From a virus (Duplodnaviria; Caudoviricetes), in IMG/VR virus record IMGVR_UViG_3300027656_000001, positions 1 through 45,280 of that record: a DNA stretch of 45,280 bases, one strand, 5' to 3'. Positions 15,337 through 24,390 of this stretch are shown piece after piece (position 1 is the stretch's first letter; each line of letters opens with the position of its first letter). Made by a program: the position numbers and the translations under genes. The notes under the pieces are model-generated. The model was not told where the DNA came from. It worked only from the letters and a program-made list of their open reading frames with translations, and made no database searches.

Positions 15337-15611
15337 CTTTTGAGATAACTCTGGAGCAGCGCCTTGCACTCTCCAGGATGGAGCTGGAGCTGCCCAACAA
15401 CACCAAACACGAGCTAGTTGAAGCGATCAAAAGCCTCATCTCTCAAAACTTCGTTCTTCAAAACAATTTAAGCAATGTCATTCGACCGTCACGACCATTC
15501 CGACCCCTCACTGATTCCCTGCCGGCCGACCTCGAAGCCGTCCGAGGAAACCCTGCCTACCGTAAGCTCTTCAATTCGAGGCCCCAGGCACTACAAGAGG
15601 GGGAAGATTGA
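15312..15611 (+). CDS. Hypothetical protein
   Basis: ORF from ATG 15312 (MDTIPPPLTFEITLEQ); overlaps both neighbours. Confidence 0.6.
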   Translation: MDTIPPPLTFEITLEQRLALSRMELELPNNTKHELVEAIKSLISQNFVLQNNLSNVIRPSRPFRPLTDSLPADLEAVRGNPAYRKLFNSRPQALQEGED

Positions 15612-15765
15612 GGTCTGGGACTTCATCCGAGACCAAGGCCTCAACTACCATCTGGGCAATGCCATCAAATACATCTGCCGTGCTGGCTTCAAGGACAGCA
15701 AGGTTGACGACCTGGAGAAAGCCATCCACTACCTGCAGAACGAACTAGAGCACTACCAGCCATGA
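15475..15765 (+). CDS. DUF3310 / SaV-like protein (T7 gp1.7 nucleotide-kinase-like)
   Basis: P.HY..G.IEVWDFI...GNAIKYICRAG.K...DLEKA.HY; start uncertain. Confidence 0.85.
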   Translation: MSFDRHDHSDPSLIPCRPTSKPSEETLPTVSSSIRGPRHYKRGKIEVWDFIRDQGLNYHLGNAIKYICRAGFKDSKVDDLEKAIHYLQNELEHYQP

Positions 15766-16031
15766 ACCGACCCAACGCCTTCGGAGTCATTGAGAGGGTT
15801 CTCAACCTCCAGGACAGTCTCACTGAAGCCAACCAGAAGCTAGCCGTCAAGAACGACCTTCTCCGTCAGCTGACGGAGCAGATCACAGCTCTGCAAAAAG
15901 AGGTTCGAGGCTTCGACGACGTGCTCCAGCAAAGCATCAGAGAAAAGCGCCTCCTGGAGGAACGTCAAGCAGCGCACCTTGAACGCATATACACAGCCCA
16001 TCCAGAGATTCCTCGGTATGACTCGCTCTAA
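15762..16031 (+). CDS. Coiled-coil hypothetical protein
   Basis: Heptad-rich ORF. Confidence 0.65.
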   Translation: MNRPNAFGVIERVLNLQDSLTEANQKLAVKNDLLRQLTEQITALQKEVRGFDDVLQQSIREKRLLEERQAAHLERIYTAHPEIPRYDSL

Positions 16032-16044
16032 CTCCACCCCCGAC

Positions 16045-16398
16045 ATGACCCACACCCACGAAGCCCTCAAGTGGCGGAGTGCGTTTGGGGTTCCAACGCC
16101 TGCCCCCGACACAGCCGGCTTCCAGCTGACCCTGATCGACGAGGAATACACCGAGTTCCTTGAAGCCAATGGCACGGATGACGAGGCCCACACCCTCAAG
16201 GAGCTAGCTGACCTGGTGTTCACTGCCTACCAGTTCGCCGCGGCCAAGGGATGGAACCTCGACCTGGCCCTGACCAGGGTCTACGAGAGCAACATGAGCA
16301 AGCTCGACATCGACGGGAAACCGATCCTGAATGAGCGTGGTAAGGTATTGAAGGGTCCAGGCTACTTTGAACCCCAGCTGTCCGATCTGATCCCATGA
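16045..16398 (+). CDS. mazG: MazG-like NTP pyrophosphohydrolase
   Basis: LIDEEYTE, KELADLVF, SNMSKL...GKVLKGP. Confidence 0.9.
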   Translation: MTHTHEALKWRSAFGVPTPAPDTAGFQLTLIDEEYTEFLEANGTDDEAHTLKELADLVFTAYQFAAAKGWNLDLALTRVYESNMSKLDIDGKPILNERGKVLKGPGYFEPQLSDLIP

Positions 16399-16577
16399 CC
16401 AAGCCTGTCTGTAAAACCTGCCGCTTCTTCCAGCCTATTAACGATCCCCGCGGGGAATGCCGCCGGTATCCTGATTTTATTGATAGAGATTACGGCCAAG
16501 CGCGAGTCTTGATGGATTCCAGTTGGTGCGGCGAGCACAAACCGAAAACCCCCATCGTCACCAAAAACCTCACATGA
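16395..16577 (+). CDS. Small 4-Cys metal-binding protein
   Basis: CKTC...GECRRYP...WCGEHK. Confidence 0.7.
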   Translation: MTKPVCKTCRFFQPINDPRGECRRYPDFIDRDYGQARVLMDSSWCGEHKPKTPIVTKNLT

Positions 16578-16759
16578 GCTACTATAATTGGGGCTTCACT
16601 CGGGAGGCCCCCGGGCAGTCCGCTCTGTGCCGAGTCTGCAACCAGGAGATCCCAAAAGGGCAGGATGCCATCCTCCTCACCACACGGCATTCTAACAAGT
16701 TCGCCCGTCTCTTTTTCCACCCTCACTGCTTCCCTGAAAAGCAAACTCTCACCTCATGA
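16574..16759 (+). CDS. Stand-alone PARP-type zinc finger-like protein
   Basis: A...A.CRVC...IPKG...FFHPHCF (CxxC...HxxC). Confidence 0.65.
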   Translation: MSYYNWGFTREAPGQSALCRVCNQEIPKGQDAILLTTRHSNKFARLFFHPHCFPEKQTLTS

Positions 16760-18183
16760 CCCAGGACGTCTCCAACCTCATCTCCCGCACCGGTCGGGTT
16801 CAGTCCTGGCTGGATGCCCTAGAGACCCTTAAGCAGCTTGATCCTGCTACAGCCGCTCTGTCCGACCTGGGGCGGCTGCCTGTCTCCTGTACCGTTTTCG
16901 TGGTGCAGGATAAGATGGAAGGCCCTGATGGCATCGAAGACTCTTGGCGGTTCACCTCCTACGCCCTGCGCAACGGTGCCGGCGTCTCGATTCACCTCTC
17001 CAACCTCCGTCCCAGAGGATCCGATAACGGTCGTGGCCTGACCGCTTCCGGCCCCGTGTCCTTTGCCAAGATCTACAGCACCCTCAACGAAATCCTTCGC
17101 CGGGGTGGCACCTTCAAGAATGGAGCCATCACGCTCCACCTCGACTACACCCACCCTGATGCCCTCGAGTTCGTCCAGGCCGATCGCCGGGAGCTCCCGT
17201 GGGTCAAGCGGTGCCTGGATGTGGACGACCGCTTCTTGGAAGACGCCTCGCCAGAACTGATCGATGTCGTGCTCCAGGCCATCGCCTCTGGGGACCTCTG
17301 GCTCAACAAGATCCGGTACGACGACCAAGACAGGCGGATCTACGGCAACGTCTGCCTCGAGGTCTACCTTCCTCACCGAGGGACCTGCCTCCTCCAGCAC
17401 GTCAACCTGGGCAAATGCACCACCTACACCCTGAAGCAGGCCTTTATCGAGGGTATGACCTCCCTGATGGCTATGCACCCCAAGACAGGGGTAGACGCTG
17501 ATGGGGTCTACCTCAGTCCAGCAGTGGATAAGCAAATTGCCCTGGGTATCCTAGGTCTGGCCAACTTCCTGGCTCAGGAAGGTGTGACCTATGCTGATCT
17601 GGCTGCGGTATTCCAAGACAGGCAGGATGCAAGTTCTAAGGCTATAGACCTCTATTGTCGTCTACACACTGCCATCCACGGGGCCGCCTACATCGCTAGC
17701 ATGGCTGGCTTCCACCGCGCCTTCGCCATTGCTCCTACTGCCTCCTGCTCCTACCGCAGCATCGACCTGAACGGTTACGCCTGCACACCAGAGCTGGCTC
17801 CTCCGATCAGCCGCAGCGTCGATCGGGACTCCGGCACCTTCGGGGTCCAGACCTTCGAGTATCCCCCCACTGTGGAGATTGCATCTGAAGTTGGCTGGAA
17901 CGACTACAAGTCCGTGGCCGATGGTATCGTTGGTATCTTCCAGGACACCGGCCTCTTCCACGGCTACAGCTTCAACTCCTGGAGCGACCGGGTCACCTAC
18001 GACCGGGACTTCCTGCAGGACTGGCTCGACAGCCCCCAGACCAGCCTCTACTACGCCCTCCAGGTAGCCCCAGATACACAAGCCAAAGATGACGCCCTGG
18101 GAGCTCTCGATGAGGAGTTCGCCGAGTGGTACGCCTTTGGCAAATCCTTCTGCAGCAGTGCAGCTGGTGGATGCTCGGAATGA
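16756..18183 (+). CDS. nrdA: Ribonucleotide reductase large subunit (cyanopodovirus type)
   Basis: VSCTVF, GNVCLE, TCLL, APTASCS, SLYY, C-terminal Cys pair. Confidence 0.92.
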   Translation: MTQDVSNLISRTGRVQSWLDALETLKQLDPATAALSDLGRLPVSCTVFVVQDKMEGPDGIEDSWRFTSYALRNGAGVSIHLSNLRPRGSDNGRGLTASGPVSFAKIYSTLNEILRRGGTFKNGAITLHLDYTHPDALEFVQADRRELPWVKRCLDVDDRFLEDASPELIDVVLQAIASGDLWLNKIRYDDQDRRIYGNVCLEVYLPHRGTCLLQHVNLGKCTTYTLKQAFIEGMTSLMAMHPKTGVDADGVYLSPAVDKQIALGILGLANFLAQEGVTYADLAAVFQDRQDASSKAIDLYCRLHTAIHGAAYIASMAGFHRAFAIAPTASCSYRSIDLNGYACTPELAPPISRSVDRDSGTFGVQTFEYPPTVEIASEVGWNDYKSVADGIVGIFQDTGLFHGYSFNSWSDRVTYDRDFLQDWLDSPQTSLYYALQVAPDTQAKDDALGALDEEFAEWYAFGKSFCSSAAGGCSE

Positions 18184-18296
18184 TGGAAAAGCTCGCTGGA
18201 ATCGCTCTGCTGATCTTCTTTGCTCTCTGCTCTTTTGCCTACATAAAGGTGGTGCTCTCCTTAAGTAATTGTGATTGTGATATCTGGCGAAAGTGA
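18183..18296 (+). CDS. Small single-TM peptide (37 aa) between the RNR subunits
   Basis: MEKLAGIALLIFFALCSFAYIKVVL; TGATG overlap. Confidence 0.45.
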   Translation: MEKLAGIALLIFFALCSFAYIKVVLSLSNCDCDIWRK

Positions 18297-18315
18297 ACAC
18301 CTGCCGACCCCTTCA

Positions 18316-19044
18316 ATGACCAGCCCCTATGTCTCCGTTCTTACCCGCAAGCGAAAATGGACACCTACCCAAGTCTCCAAAGGCTCAGTCAAGATTGAGA
18401 CCTCTGAAACCCTTAGCCGCTGCCTGGCTCTACGGCATCTCGAGTTGCCTGTCCGTGACCTTCTTGAGGCCGGACTTGCTCGGGATCTCCCACCCACTGA
18501 AGGTGTGGTGGCTGCCCTAGAATCCAACATGGCTGACGAGGAACGCCATGACCAAGCCCTCCAGTTCGTGGTCGATGCCCATGGCACCCACGTCAAAGAC
18601 GAGGCCACAGGATTGAACATCAGGGACGCCTGGGTCAATCACCCCGACCATCCCATCCTGAAGGCGGCCATCCTAGAGCGGTCTGTCTTCTTCGTGTTGC
18701 TGCCATTCCTCCGGTTCGCCGGGGACGTCGGGATCCGAACCGTCGCTGCTGACATCAGCCGTGACGAGCAGGTCCACGTCGCGGTGCACCACATGGTTGC
18801 ATCCGAGCTGGGACTCAAGCCCTCACCAAGTCTCAATTCTCTTCGGAAGGCTACCGTAGACTGGGTCTTCGACCGGCTCCCCATGGCCACCATCGGCAAC
18901 CCACAGCTGAGCAGCACCTTCTGGCTCCAAGCCTCTGACAACCTTTTCGAAAGAGGCAAGGCCCCCGAGCTCAGGACCACACGCTCTGCTCGGATGCCTG
19001 CCTTCTTCGAGGCTTCCAACGTCGATCTACCCTCCTATGGCTGA
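18316..19044 (+). CDS. nrdB: Ribonucleotide reductase small subunit (ferritin-like)
   Basis: DEERH and DEQVH metal ligands; follows the large subunit. Confidence 0.85.
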   Translation: MTSPYVSVLTRKRKWTPTQVSKGSVKIETSETLSRCLALRHLELPVRDLLEAGLARDLPPTEGVVAALESNMADEERHDQALQFVVDAHGTHVKDEATGLNIRDAWVNHPDHPILKAAILERSVFFVLLPFLRFAGDVGIRTVAADISRDEQVHVAVHHMVASELGLKPSPSLNSLRKATVDWVFDRLPMATIGNPQLSSTFWLQASDNLFERGKAPELRTTRSARMPAFFEASNVDLPSYG

Positions 19045-19210
19045 CCCCCTTCGCGTCCTTGTTGAGCAGCTCATCGAGGCCTTTCCAGATGCCTATCCTC
19101 CTATCAGCCTGACCGATAAGGAATTTGCCTTCCGAGCCGGCCAGGTAGACATCTGCCGGCGCCTGAAGACAGCCAAGGAAAATTTCAACCTAGACCAAGA
19201 TCTGACATGA
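19037..19210 (+). CDS. Small phage protein (57 aa; FP..YP......FRAGQ)
   Basis: Hand-translated; typical position before the virion module. Confidence 0.65.
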   Translation: MADPLRVLVEQLIEAFPDAYPPISLTDKEFAFRAGQVDICRRLKTAKENFNLDQDLT

Positions 19211-19228
19211 TACTCTGTCACTGTAGTT

Positions 19229-19597
19229 ATGTGTATCCCTAGTAGGCCTGCAAAGCCGAGTCAGTCCATAGGAGGCAAGTCTGGCACCTATATCAGCCGC
19301 ACCTCCGCCCTCTCAAAGGGTGGCAGCAACGCCTCTATCATCCTCTTAAAGGGGAGAGTAAATAAAGCACCAGTCACTCAAGCACCAGCCATTGCTGCAC
19401 CTGAAAAACCTGATCTCGGATTAACTGCCGCAGGCAATACCATTGAGAAAACCATGCAACTTGCCGGTGGCATAGGAACCATCGAATCCATCCAGGCATC
19501 AGCCCGATCTGCTGAGAACCTCACATTGGAAAGCCCGTTTGGTTTATATAGTCAGAGGGTGCAGCGGGCCAAGTCTCGCCTCTCCATTGCAATGTAG
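19229..19597 (+). CDS. Putative virion protein (Met-Cys start)
   Basis: MC N-terminus; located upstream of portal. Confidence 0.55.
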   Translation: MCIPSRPAKPSQSIGGKSGTYISRTSALSKGGSNASIILLKGRVNKAPVTQAPAIAAPEKPDLGLTAAGNTIEKTMQLAGGIGTIESIQASARSAENLTLESPFGLYSQRVQRAKSRLSIAM

Positions 19598-19600
19598 CCC

Positions 19601-19831
19601 ATGTGTCTCAGTAGACGGAAAGCGCCACCGCTTCCACCGCTTCCACCGCTTCCACCACCGCCTAAGGAGCCGGAACCCGCACCCCCGCCGCCTGTGCTTC
19701 CGTCGTGGATGGCTTCCACACCTACAGGCGCTGGAATCATTCGAAGGACCGAAGACCAGCGCACTGCACCCAAGCGAGCGGCCAAGGGTCCATCACGGCT
19801 GCTTATCCCTCTAGCTGGGAGTAAGCCATGA
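19601..19831 (+). CDS. Pro-rich virion/tail assembly protein (gp6.7/7.3-like)
   Basis: MC start, poly-Pro, C-terminal SRLLIPL; coupled to portal; contains (CCACCGCTT)3. Confidence 0.7.
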   Translation: MCLSRRKAPPLPPLPPLPPPPKEPEPAPPPPVLPSWMASTPTGAGIIRRTEDQRTAPKRAAKGPSRLLIPLAGSKP

Positions 19832-21498
19832 GAAACCGCACCGCAGCATCACGTTACGAGTTTCTGACATCAGACCGCACAGATCCCCTGGCAGCCGCTC
19901 GCAAGGCTACCGCTCTGTCTCTTCCATACCTGCTGCCACCTTCGGGTCATAGTGCTGGAAGCGACTTGCCTACTCCCTGGCAGTCCATGGGAGCTCGGGG
20001 CTGTAACGTCCTCACCTCCAAGATTATGATGGCGTTGTTCCCTGTGAACACGTCATTTTTTAAGCTCCAGGTGTCAGATGGTGAGTTCGTCGCCAACCCT
20101 GAGCTGAATGCCAAGATTCGTTCCGAAGTTGACGCCAGTCTGGCCAAGATGGAGCGGATTGTCAACCAGAGCATTACAGGCGGCTTAGACCGGGTCGTGC
20201 TGACCCAGGGCATTCGCCACTCGGTTGCCACAGGCAATGGCCTGCTGTTCGACAGCAAAGAAGGTCTCAAGTTCTACCCACTCGATCGGTACGTCTGCGT
20301 CCGAGATGGCAACAGTCGTCCTGTCGAGATCGTCACCGTTGAAGGAGTCGACCGCGACACCCTGCCTCCTAAATACCAGACCGACGAGCAGAAACCCAAT
20401 GGAGTCCAGAAGGATTCTGCTGGCCCCTCATCGGTCACCGAGGTCACACTCGAGGAAGGCGAGGTCCTGGTCTACACCTGGGCCAAGGTCAAGGACGGCC
20501 AGTGGCGCTGGTATCAGGAGATCGATGGCGTCAAGCTGGCCGGGTCTGAAGGACAGTGCCCTGTCGATGCTCCCGCCTGGATCCCGCTTCGCTTCAACAT
20601 TGTCGACGGCGAGAACTACGGCCGTGGTCGCCTGGAGGAGTTCATTGGGGACCTGATCAGCCTCGAAGGTCTTACCAAGTCTCTGGTCGAGGGATCAGCT
20701 GTGGCTGCCAAGATCCTCTATCTACTCAACCCAGGAGCCATCACCAAGCCGGCCGAGTTTGCTCAGGCTGAGAACGGCGACATCCTGGTGGGACGCCCTG
20801 AGGATCTGGTTGCCGTGGTCACCGGAAAGCAGGCCGATTTGGCCACCGCCTTCCAGATGGCCCAGTCCCTGAACAAGTCCCTATCCGAGGCCTTCCTGAT
20901 CCTGTCTGTCCGCCAGTCGGAACGCACCACGGCCGAAGAGGTCCGTACGGTCCAGCAGGAGGTCATGGAGCAGATGTCTGGGATCGTGGGCACCCTTACC
21001 ACTGAGGTGGCTGTTCCCTTCCTGAAGCGCCGCCTGTCGGTGCTCCAGCGCAAGGGTCAGCTGCCCAAGCTGCCCAAGGGCCTGGTGCTGCCCACTGTGG
21101 TAGCTGGCCTCGACGGCATCGGCCGCGGCCAAGATCGAGAGGCTCTGCTGCGGGTGGCCACCACCATTCAGCAGGCACTCGGTCCTGAGGTCTTCGCCCA
21201 GCGGGTGAACGTTGACGAGTTCATTAAGCGCCTATTCACCTCAGATGGCATCGACCCTGTCGGCCTGCTCATCACCCAAGAGGACCAGACCAAGGCCAAA
21301 CAGGAAGCCCAAGCCGCCCAAATCCAGCAGTCCCTGGTCGACCAGGCAGGTCAGCTGGTCAAAGCCCCCATGATGGATCCCCGTGCCAACCCCGAAGCGA
21401 TCGACGCGCTCAGTGCCTACGTCAACCCCGAAGCAGGCGCCGCCCCCGCTGGCAATCCAGCCGCAGCGCCCCCAGGAGCCCCAGCCGGAGCCCCTTAA
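19828..21498 (+). CDS. Portal / head-tail connector (gp8-like)
   Basis: PWQSMGARG, GENYGRG, ERTTAEEVR motifs. Confidence 0.95.
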   Translation: MRNRTAASRYEFLTSDRTDPLAAARKATALSLPYLLPPSGHSAGSDLPTPWQSMGARGCNVLTSKIMMALFPVNTSFFKLQVSDGEFVANPELNAKIRSEVDASLAKMERIVNQSITGGLDRVVLTQGIRHSVATGNGLLFDSKEGLKFYPLDRYVCVRDGNSRPVEIVTVEGVDRDTLPPKYQTDEQKPNGVQKDSAGPSSVTEVTLEEGEVLVYTWAKVKDGQWRWYQEIDGVKLAGSEGQCPVDAPAWIPLRFNIVDGENYGRGRLEEFIGDLISLEGLTKSLVEGSAVAAKILYLLNPGAITKPAEFAQAENGDILVGRPEDLVAVVTGKQADLATAFQMAQSLNKSLSEAFLILSVRQSERTTAEEVRTVQQEVMEQMSGIVGTLTTEVAVPFLKRRLSVLQRKGQLPKLPKGLVLPTVVAGLDGIGRGQDREALLRVATTIQQALGPEVFAQRVNVDEFIKRLFTSDGIDPVGLLITQEDQTKAKQEAQAAQIQQSLVDQAGQLVKAPMMDPRANPEAIDALSAYVNPEAGAAPAGNPAAAPPGAPAGAP

Positions 21499-21670
21499 TT
21501 CCGAGACCATCGAGCTGTCGATCCGTTCTACTACTCGCCCCATTGTGGGCAAGCCTACGGTCAAGAACAAGGTGGGCAAGCCCCAAATCGGGGCGCGATC
21601 TCTTGTTCGGACCCCAGCCTTCAACCAACTTCCTCTTATCATAGCAGAACCACTCACCTCTGAATCATGA
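21413..21670 (+). CDS. Small basic protein between portal and scaffold
   Basis: ORF fills the gap and has an ATGA overlap with scaffold; GTG start uncertain. Confidence 0.5.
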   Translation: MPTSTPKQAPPPLAIQPQRPQEPQPEPLNSETIELSIRSTTRPIVGKPTVKNKVGKPQIGARSLVRTPAFNQLPLIIAEPLTSES

Positions 21671-22506
21671 GCATCGACAACGACATCCAGGAATCTATGC
21701 GGGTCGCTGCCGAGCAGCAGGCCCTCGAGGTAGGCACCCGCCTCGCCGAGGAGGAAGCCCGCCAGGAGGAAGGCCTCTTCAGCCGTGCCCGCGAAGCCCA
21801 GGAGGCTGAGATCGGCTCCCTTCCCGAGAAGTACCAGGGCAAGTCGGCCGCCGAGGTCTACGCCCTGATGCAGAAGGAGCTGGCTTACAAGGCAGAGCAG
21901 GCTGCCAAGGGTGAGTCCTCCGAGGATGACCAGGAAGAGACCCCTGAGGCTGCTCCTGAAGAAACCCCTGCAGAGGAGGATTCGGAGGCCGTCACGGCCC
22001 TCAAGGAGGCCTCTGAGGAGTTCTACAAGAACGAAGGCAAACTCGATGAGGCCACCGTGGCCAAGCTCGAGGCCTTACCTAGTGCCGACCTAATCAAGGC
22101 CTGGCAGCAGCTCCAGTCCCAGACTGAGATCCAGGCTCCTATCTCGGATGCCGAGGCTCAGGAAATCGTCACCGCAGTAGGTGGCCAAGAGGCCTACAAC
22201 CAGGCCCTGGCTTGGGCAGCCGAGAACCTATCCCCTGAGGATCGGGCCTCCTACGACCAGGTCATCACCTCCGGCAACAAGGCCGCCACACGGTTTGCCG
22301 TGGAGGCCCTCACCAACCGCTACAAGGCGGCCGTAGGCTTCGACGGTGAAGTCGTGTCAGGTGGTCGAGCCAAGACCTCTGGGGTCAAGCCCTACCGATC
22401 TGATGCCGAGCTGCGCCGCGACCTGTCCAACCCTCGCTACCAGCAGGATCCAGCGTTCCGCCTTGACGTGGAAGATCGCCTAGCCGTCTCAGGCGACCTG
22501 CTCTAA
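21667..22506 (+). CDS. Capsid scaffolding protein (gp9-like)
   Basis: Acidic; VGG.EAY...WA.ENL and NPRY..DPAFR..VE.RL motifs. Confidence 0.92.
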   Translation: MSIDNDIQESMRVAAEQQALEVGTRLAEEEARQEEGLFSRAREAQEAEIGSLPEKYQGKSAAEVYALMQKELAYKAEQAAKGESSEDDQEETPEAAPEETPAEEDSEAVTALKEASEEFYKNEGKLDEATVAKLEALPSADLIKAWQQLQSQTEIQAPISDAEAQEIVTAVGGQEAYNQALAWAAENLSPEDRASYDQVITSGNKAATRFAVEALTNRYKAAVGFDGEVVSGGRAKTSGVKPYRSDAELRRDLSNPRYQQDPAFRLDVEDRLAVSGDLL

Positions 22507-22515
22507 GCCCATAAC

Positions 22516-22614
22516 GCCAGATGGTGTACCCCGGGTTCGACTCCCGGGGCTGGTATTGGGTGGTTCCCATTAATAACCGAACGTTCGGTTGGACCCTCTG
22601 CGGAGGATAATCCA
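22516..22614 (+). other. Structured capsid-gene leader (T-loop hairpin, palindrome, UGCG hairpin)
   Basis: CCCCGGG-TTCGACT-CCCGGGG 22529..22549; AACCGAACGTTCGGTT 22575..22590; CCTC-TGCG-GAGG near 22595..22606. Confidence 0.6.
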
Positions 22615-22688
22615 TACCCGTTGATTCTTTGCGCTTCATATTTGACTGAGCTCAGTCGATCGGTTCACATCCCTTCGACTTTAATTCT

Positions 22689-23705
22689 GTGACTTTTTCT
22701 GTAACCCAACCCGGCCGCATTAACAAGGCCGGTGACCAGCGGGCCCTCTTCCTTAAGCTGTTCAGCGGTGAGGTGTACGAGGCATTTCGCAACGCCACGA
22801 TCTTCAAGGAGACTGTTCTCAACAAGCAGATCTCCAACGGTCGCTCCCACCAGTTCATCCACACTGGTCGCATCACCGCCGCGTACCACACCCCTGGTAC
22901 CGCCATCCTAGGCTCCGGTGATCCCCCGTCCGCCGAAACCACGATCGAGCTGGATGACCTCCTGGTCGCCAGTGCCTTCGTGTACTCGCTGGATGAGGTG
23001 ATCTCCCACTATGATGTGCGTGGCCCCATTGCCCGCCAGATCGGCCAATCCCTGGCTGAGTTCTACGACCGTCGCATCGGTCGGACCCTGTCCCGGGCGG
23101 CCAGCCTTGCTGCCCCTGTGACCGGCGAACCCGGCGGCTTCCGCATCAACATCGGTGCCAACCAGGAGTACAATGCTCAGGCTCTGGTCGACGGCTTCTT
23201 CGAAGCTGCTGCCCGCCTGGACGAAGTGTCCGCTCCCAAGGACGGTCGCTTTGCTGTGCTGTCTCCTCGTCAGTACTACGCCCTGATCTCCCAGGTCGAC
23301 ACCAACATCCTCAACCGGGAGTATGGTGGCAGCCAGGGGAACCTGAACACCGGCGACGGCCTCTACAGCATCGCAGGTATCGGCATCCGCCGCTCCAACA
23401 ACGTGCCCTTCCTGGGTCGTTACGGTTCCCCGACTGGTGCGGTCATTGAGACCGACACCGCTGGCGGTTCTGGTACCTACGGCGCCCGCAACAGCTACGG
23501 CACTGCGGCCTCCTTCACCAACAGCTGCGGCCTGATCTACCACCGGGACGCTGCTGCTGTGCTCGAGGGCATCGGGCCCTCCATCCAGACCACTGGTGCC
23601 GACACCAAGGTCATCTACCAAGGTGACGTGATTGTCGGCCGCCTGGCCCTAGGTGCTGGCCCTGTCCGCGTATCCGTGGCTGGCGAGCTCCAAAACCTAG
23701 CCTAA
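22689..23705 (+). CDS. Major capsid protein (gp10-like)
   Basis: ALFLKLFSGEV, GRSHQF, IELDDLL motifs; GTG start. Confidence 0.96.
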   Translation: MTFSVTQPGRINKAGDQRALFLKLFSGEVYEAFRNATIFKETVLNKQISNGRSHQFIHTGRITAAYHTPGTAILGSGDPPSAETTIELDDLLVASAFVYSLDEVISHYDVRGPIARQIGQSLAEFYDRRIGRTLSRAASLAAPVTGEPGGFRINIGANQEYNAQALVDGFFEAAARLDEVSAPKDGRFAVLSPRQYYALISQVDTNILNREYGGSQGNLNTGDGLYSIAGIGIRRSNNVPFLGRYGSPTGAVIETDTAGGSGTYGARNSYGTAASFTNSCGLIYHRDAAAVLEGIGPSIQTTGADTKVIYQGDVIVGRLALGAGPVRVSVAGELQNLA

Positions 23706-23718
23706 ACGTGTTTTATAT

Positions 23719-23746
23719 GGCCTGGGCTTCTTGCCTGGGCCTTTTT
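23719..23746 (+). terminator. Post-capsid intrinsic terminator (T-phi analog)
   Basis: GGCCTGGGC-TTCTT-GCCTGGGCC followed by T5. Confidence 0.8.
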
Positions 23747-23782
23747 CCCTCTTGTGCCCAGAACGGCACTACCATCTTTGCC

Positions 23783-24388
23783 ATGACCACCGAGCTTCAG
23801 GCCATCAACTCGATGCTGACCGCTATTGGTCAGGCACCCATCACCAGCCTAGATCAGGCCAACCCTGAGATTGCCACAGCTACTCTAATCCTAAGCAACG
23901 TCCGAGAGGAGGTGCTAGGAGAGGGCTGGAACTTCAACTCCGAAAAGGGCTACACCCTGCTCGCTGATGGCAGTGGTGATCTCGTCGTTCCTCCGGGCAT
24001 CCTCAACCTCTCCGTCAACCAGGAAGACAACAAATTCAGGGTTCGCGCTGTCCAGAAGAATGGCAAGCTATACAATACCCTCAGCCATAGTTTCGACTGG
24101 GGAGCCAATACCTCCATCAGCCTGGACGTCGTGTGGAACTATGACTTCGAGGACCTTCCCACTGTCTTCCAGAGCTACATCGTTCAGCGAGCCGCCAGGG
24201 TCTTTGCGGGCCGAACCATTGGATCAGATAAGATGGTCCTATTCAATGCCCAGGACGAGGCACTGCTACGGGCTTCTTGCCTGGCCTACGACTGCACCAC
24301 CGGCCGGCACAACGTCCTCGTGCAGGGCGACAAGGGCCGGTACTTCATGGCCCCCACGCAGACCGCACTTTCCATCATTGCTAGGTAG
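23783..24388 (+). CDS. Tail tubular protein A (gp11-like)
   Basis: TELQAINSML.AIGQAP, GWNFN.E, FEDLP. Confidence 0.93.
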   Translation: MTTELQAINSMLTAIGQAPITSLDQANPEIATATLILSNVREEVLGEGWNFNSEKGYTLLADGSGDLVVPPGILNLSVNQEDNKFRVRAVQKNGKLYNTLSHSFDWGANTSISLDVVWNYDFEDLPTVFQSYIVQRAARVFAGRTIGSDKMVLFNAQDEALLRASCLAYDCTTGRHNVLVQGDKGRYFMAPTQTALSIIAR

Positions 24389-24390
24389 AC

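Noticed and set aside
19625-19651. (CCACCGCTT)3 as a phase-variable repeat
   Set aside because: The 9-bp unit preserves frame and just encodes PPL repeats.
22516-22560. tRNA gene or attP
   Set aside because: Only a T-arm-like hairpin is present, with no D or anticodon arm; no integrase was recognised anywhere.
23680-23782. T7 10B-type capsid frameshift extension, or gp11 start at 23708
   Set aside because: No slippery site seen before the stop, a terminator follows immediately, and ATG 23783 fits the gp11 N-terminus.
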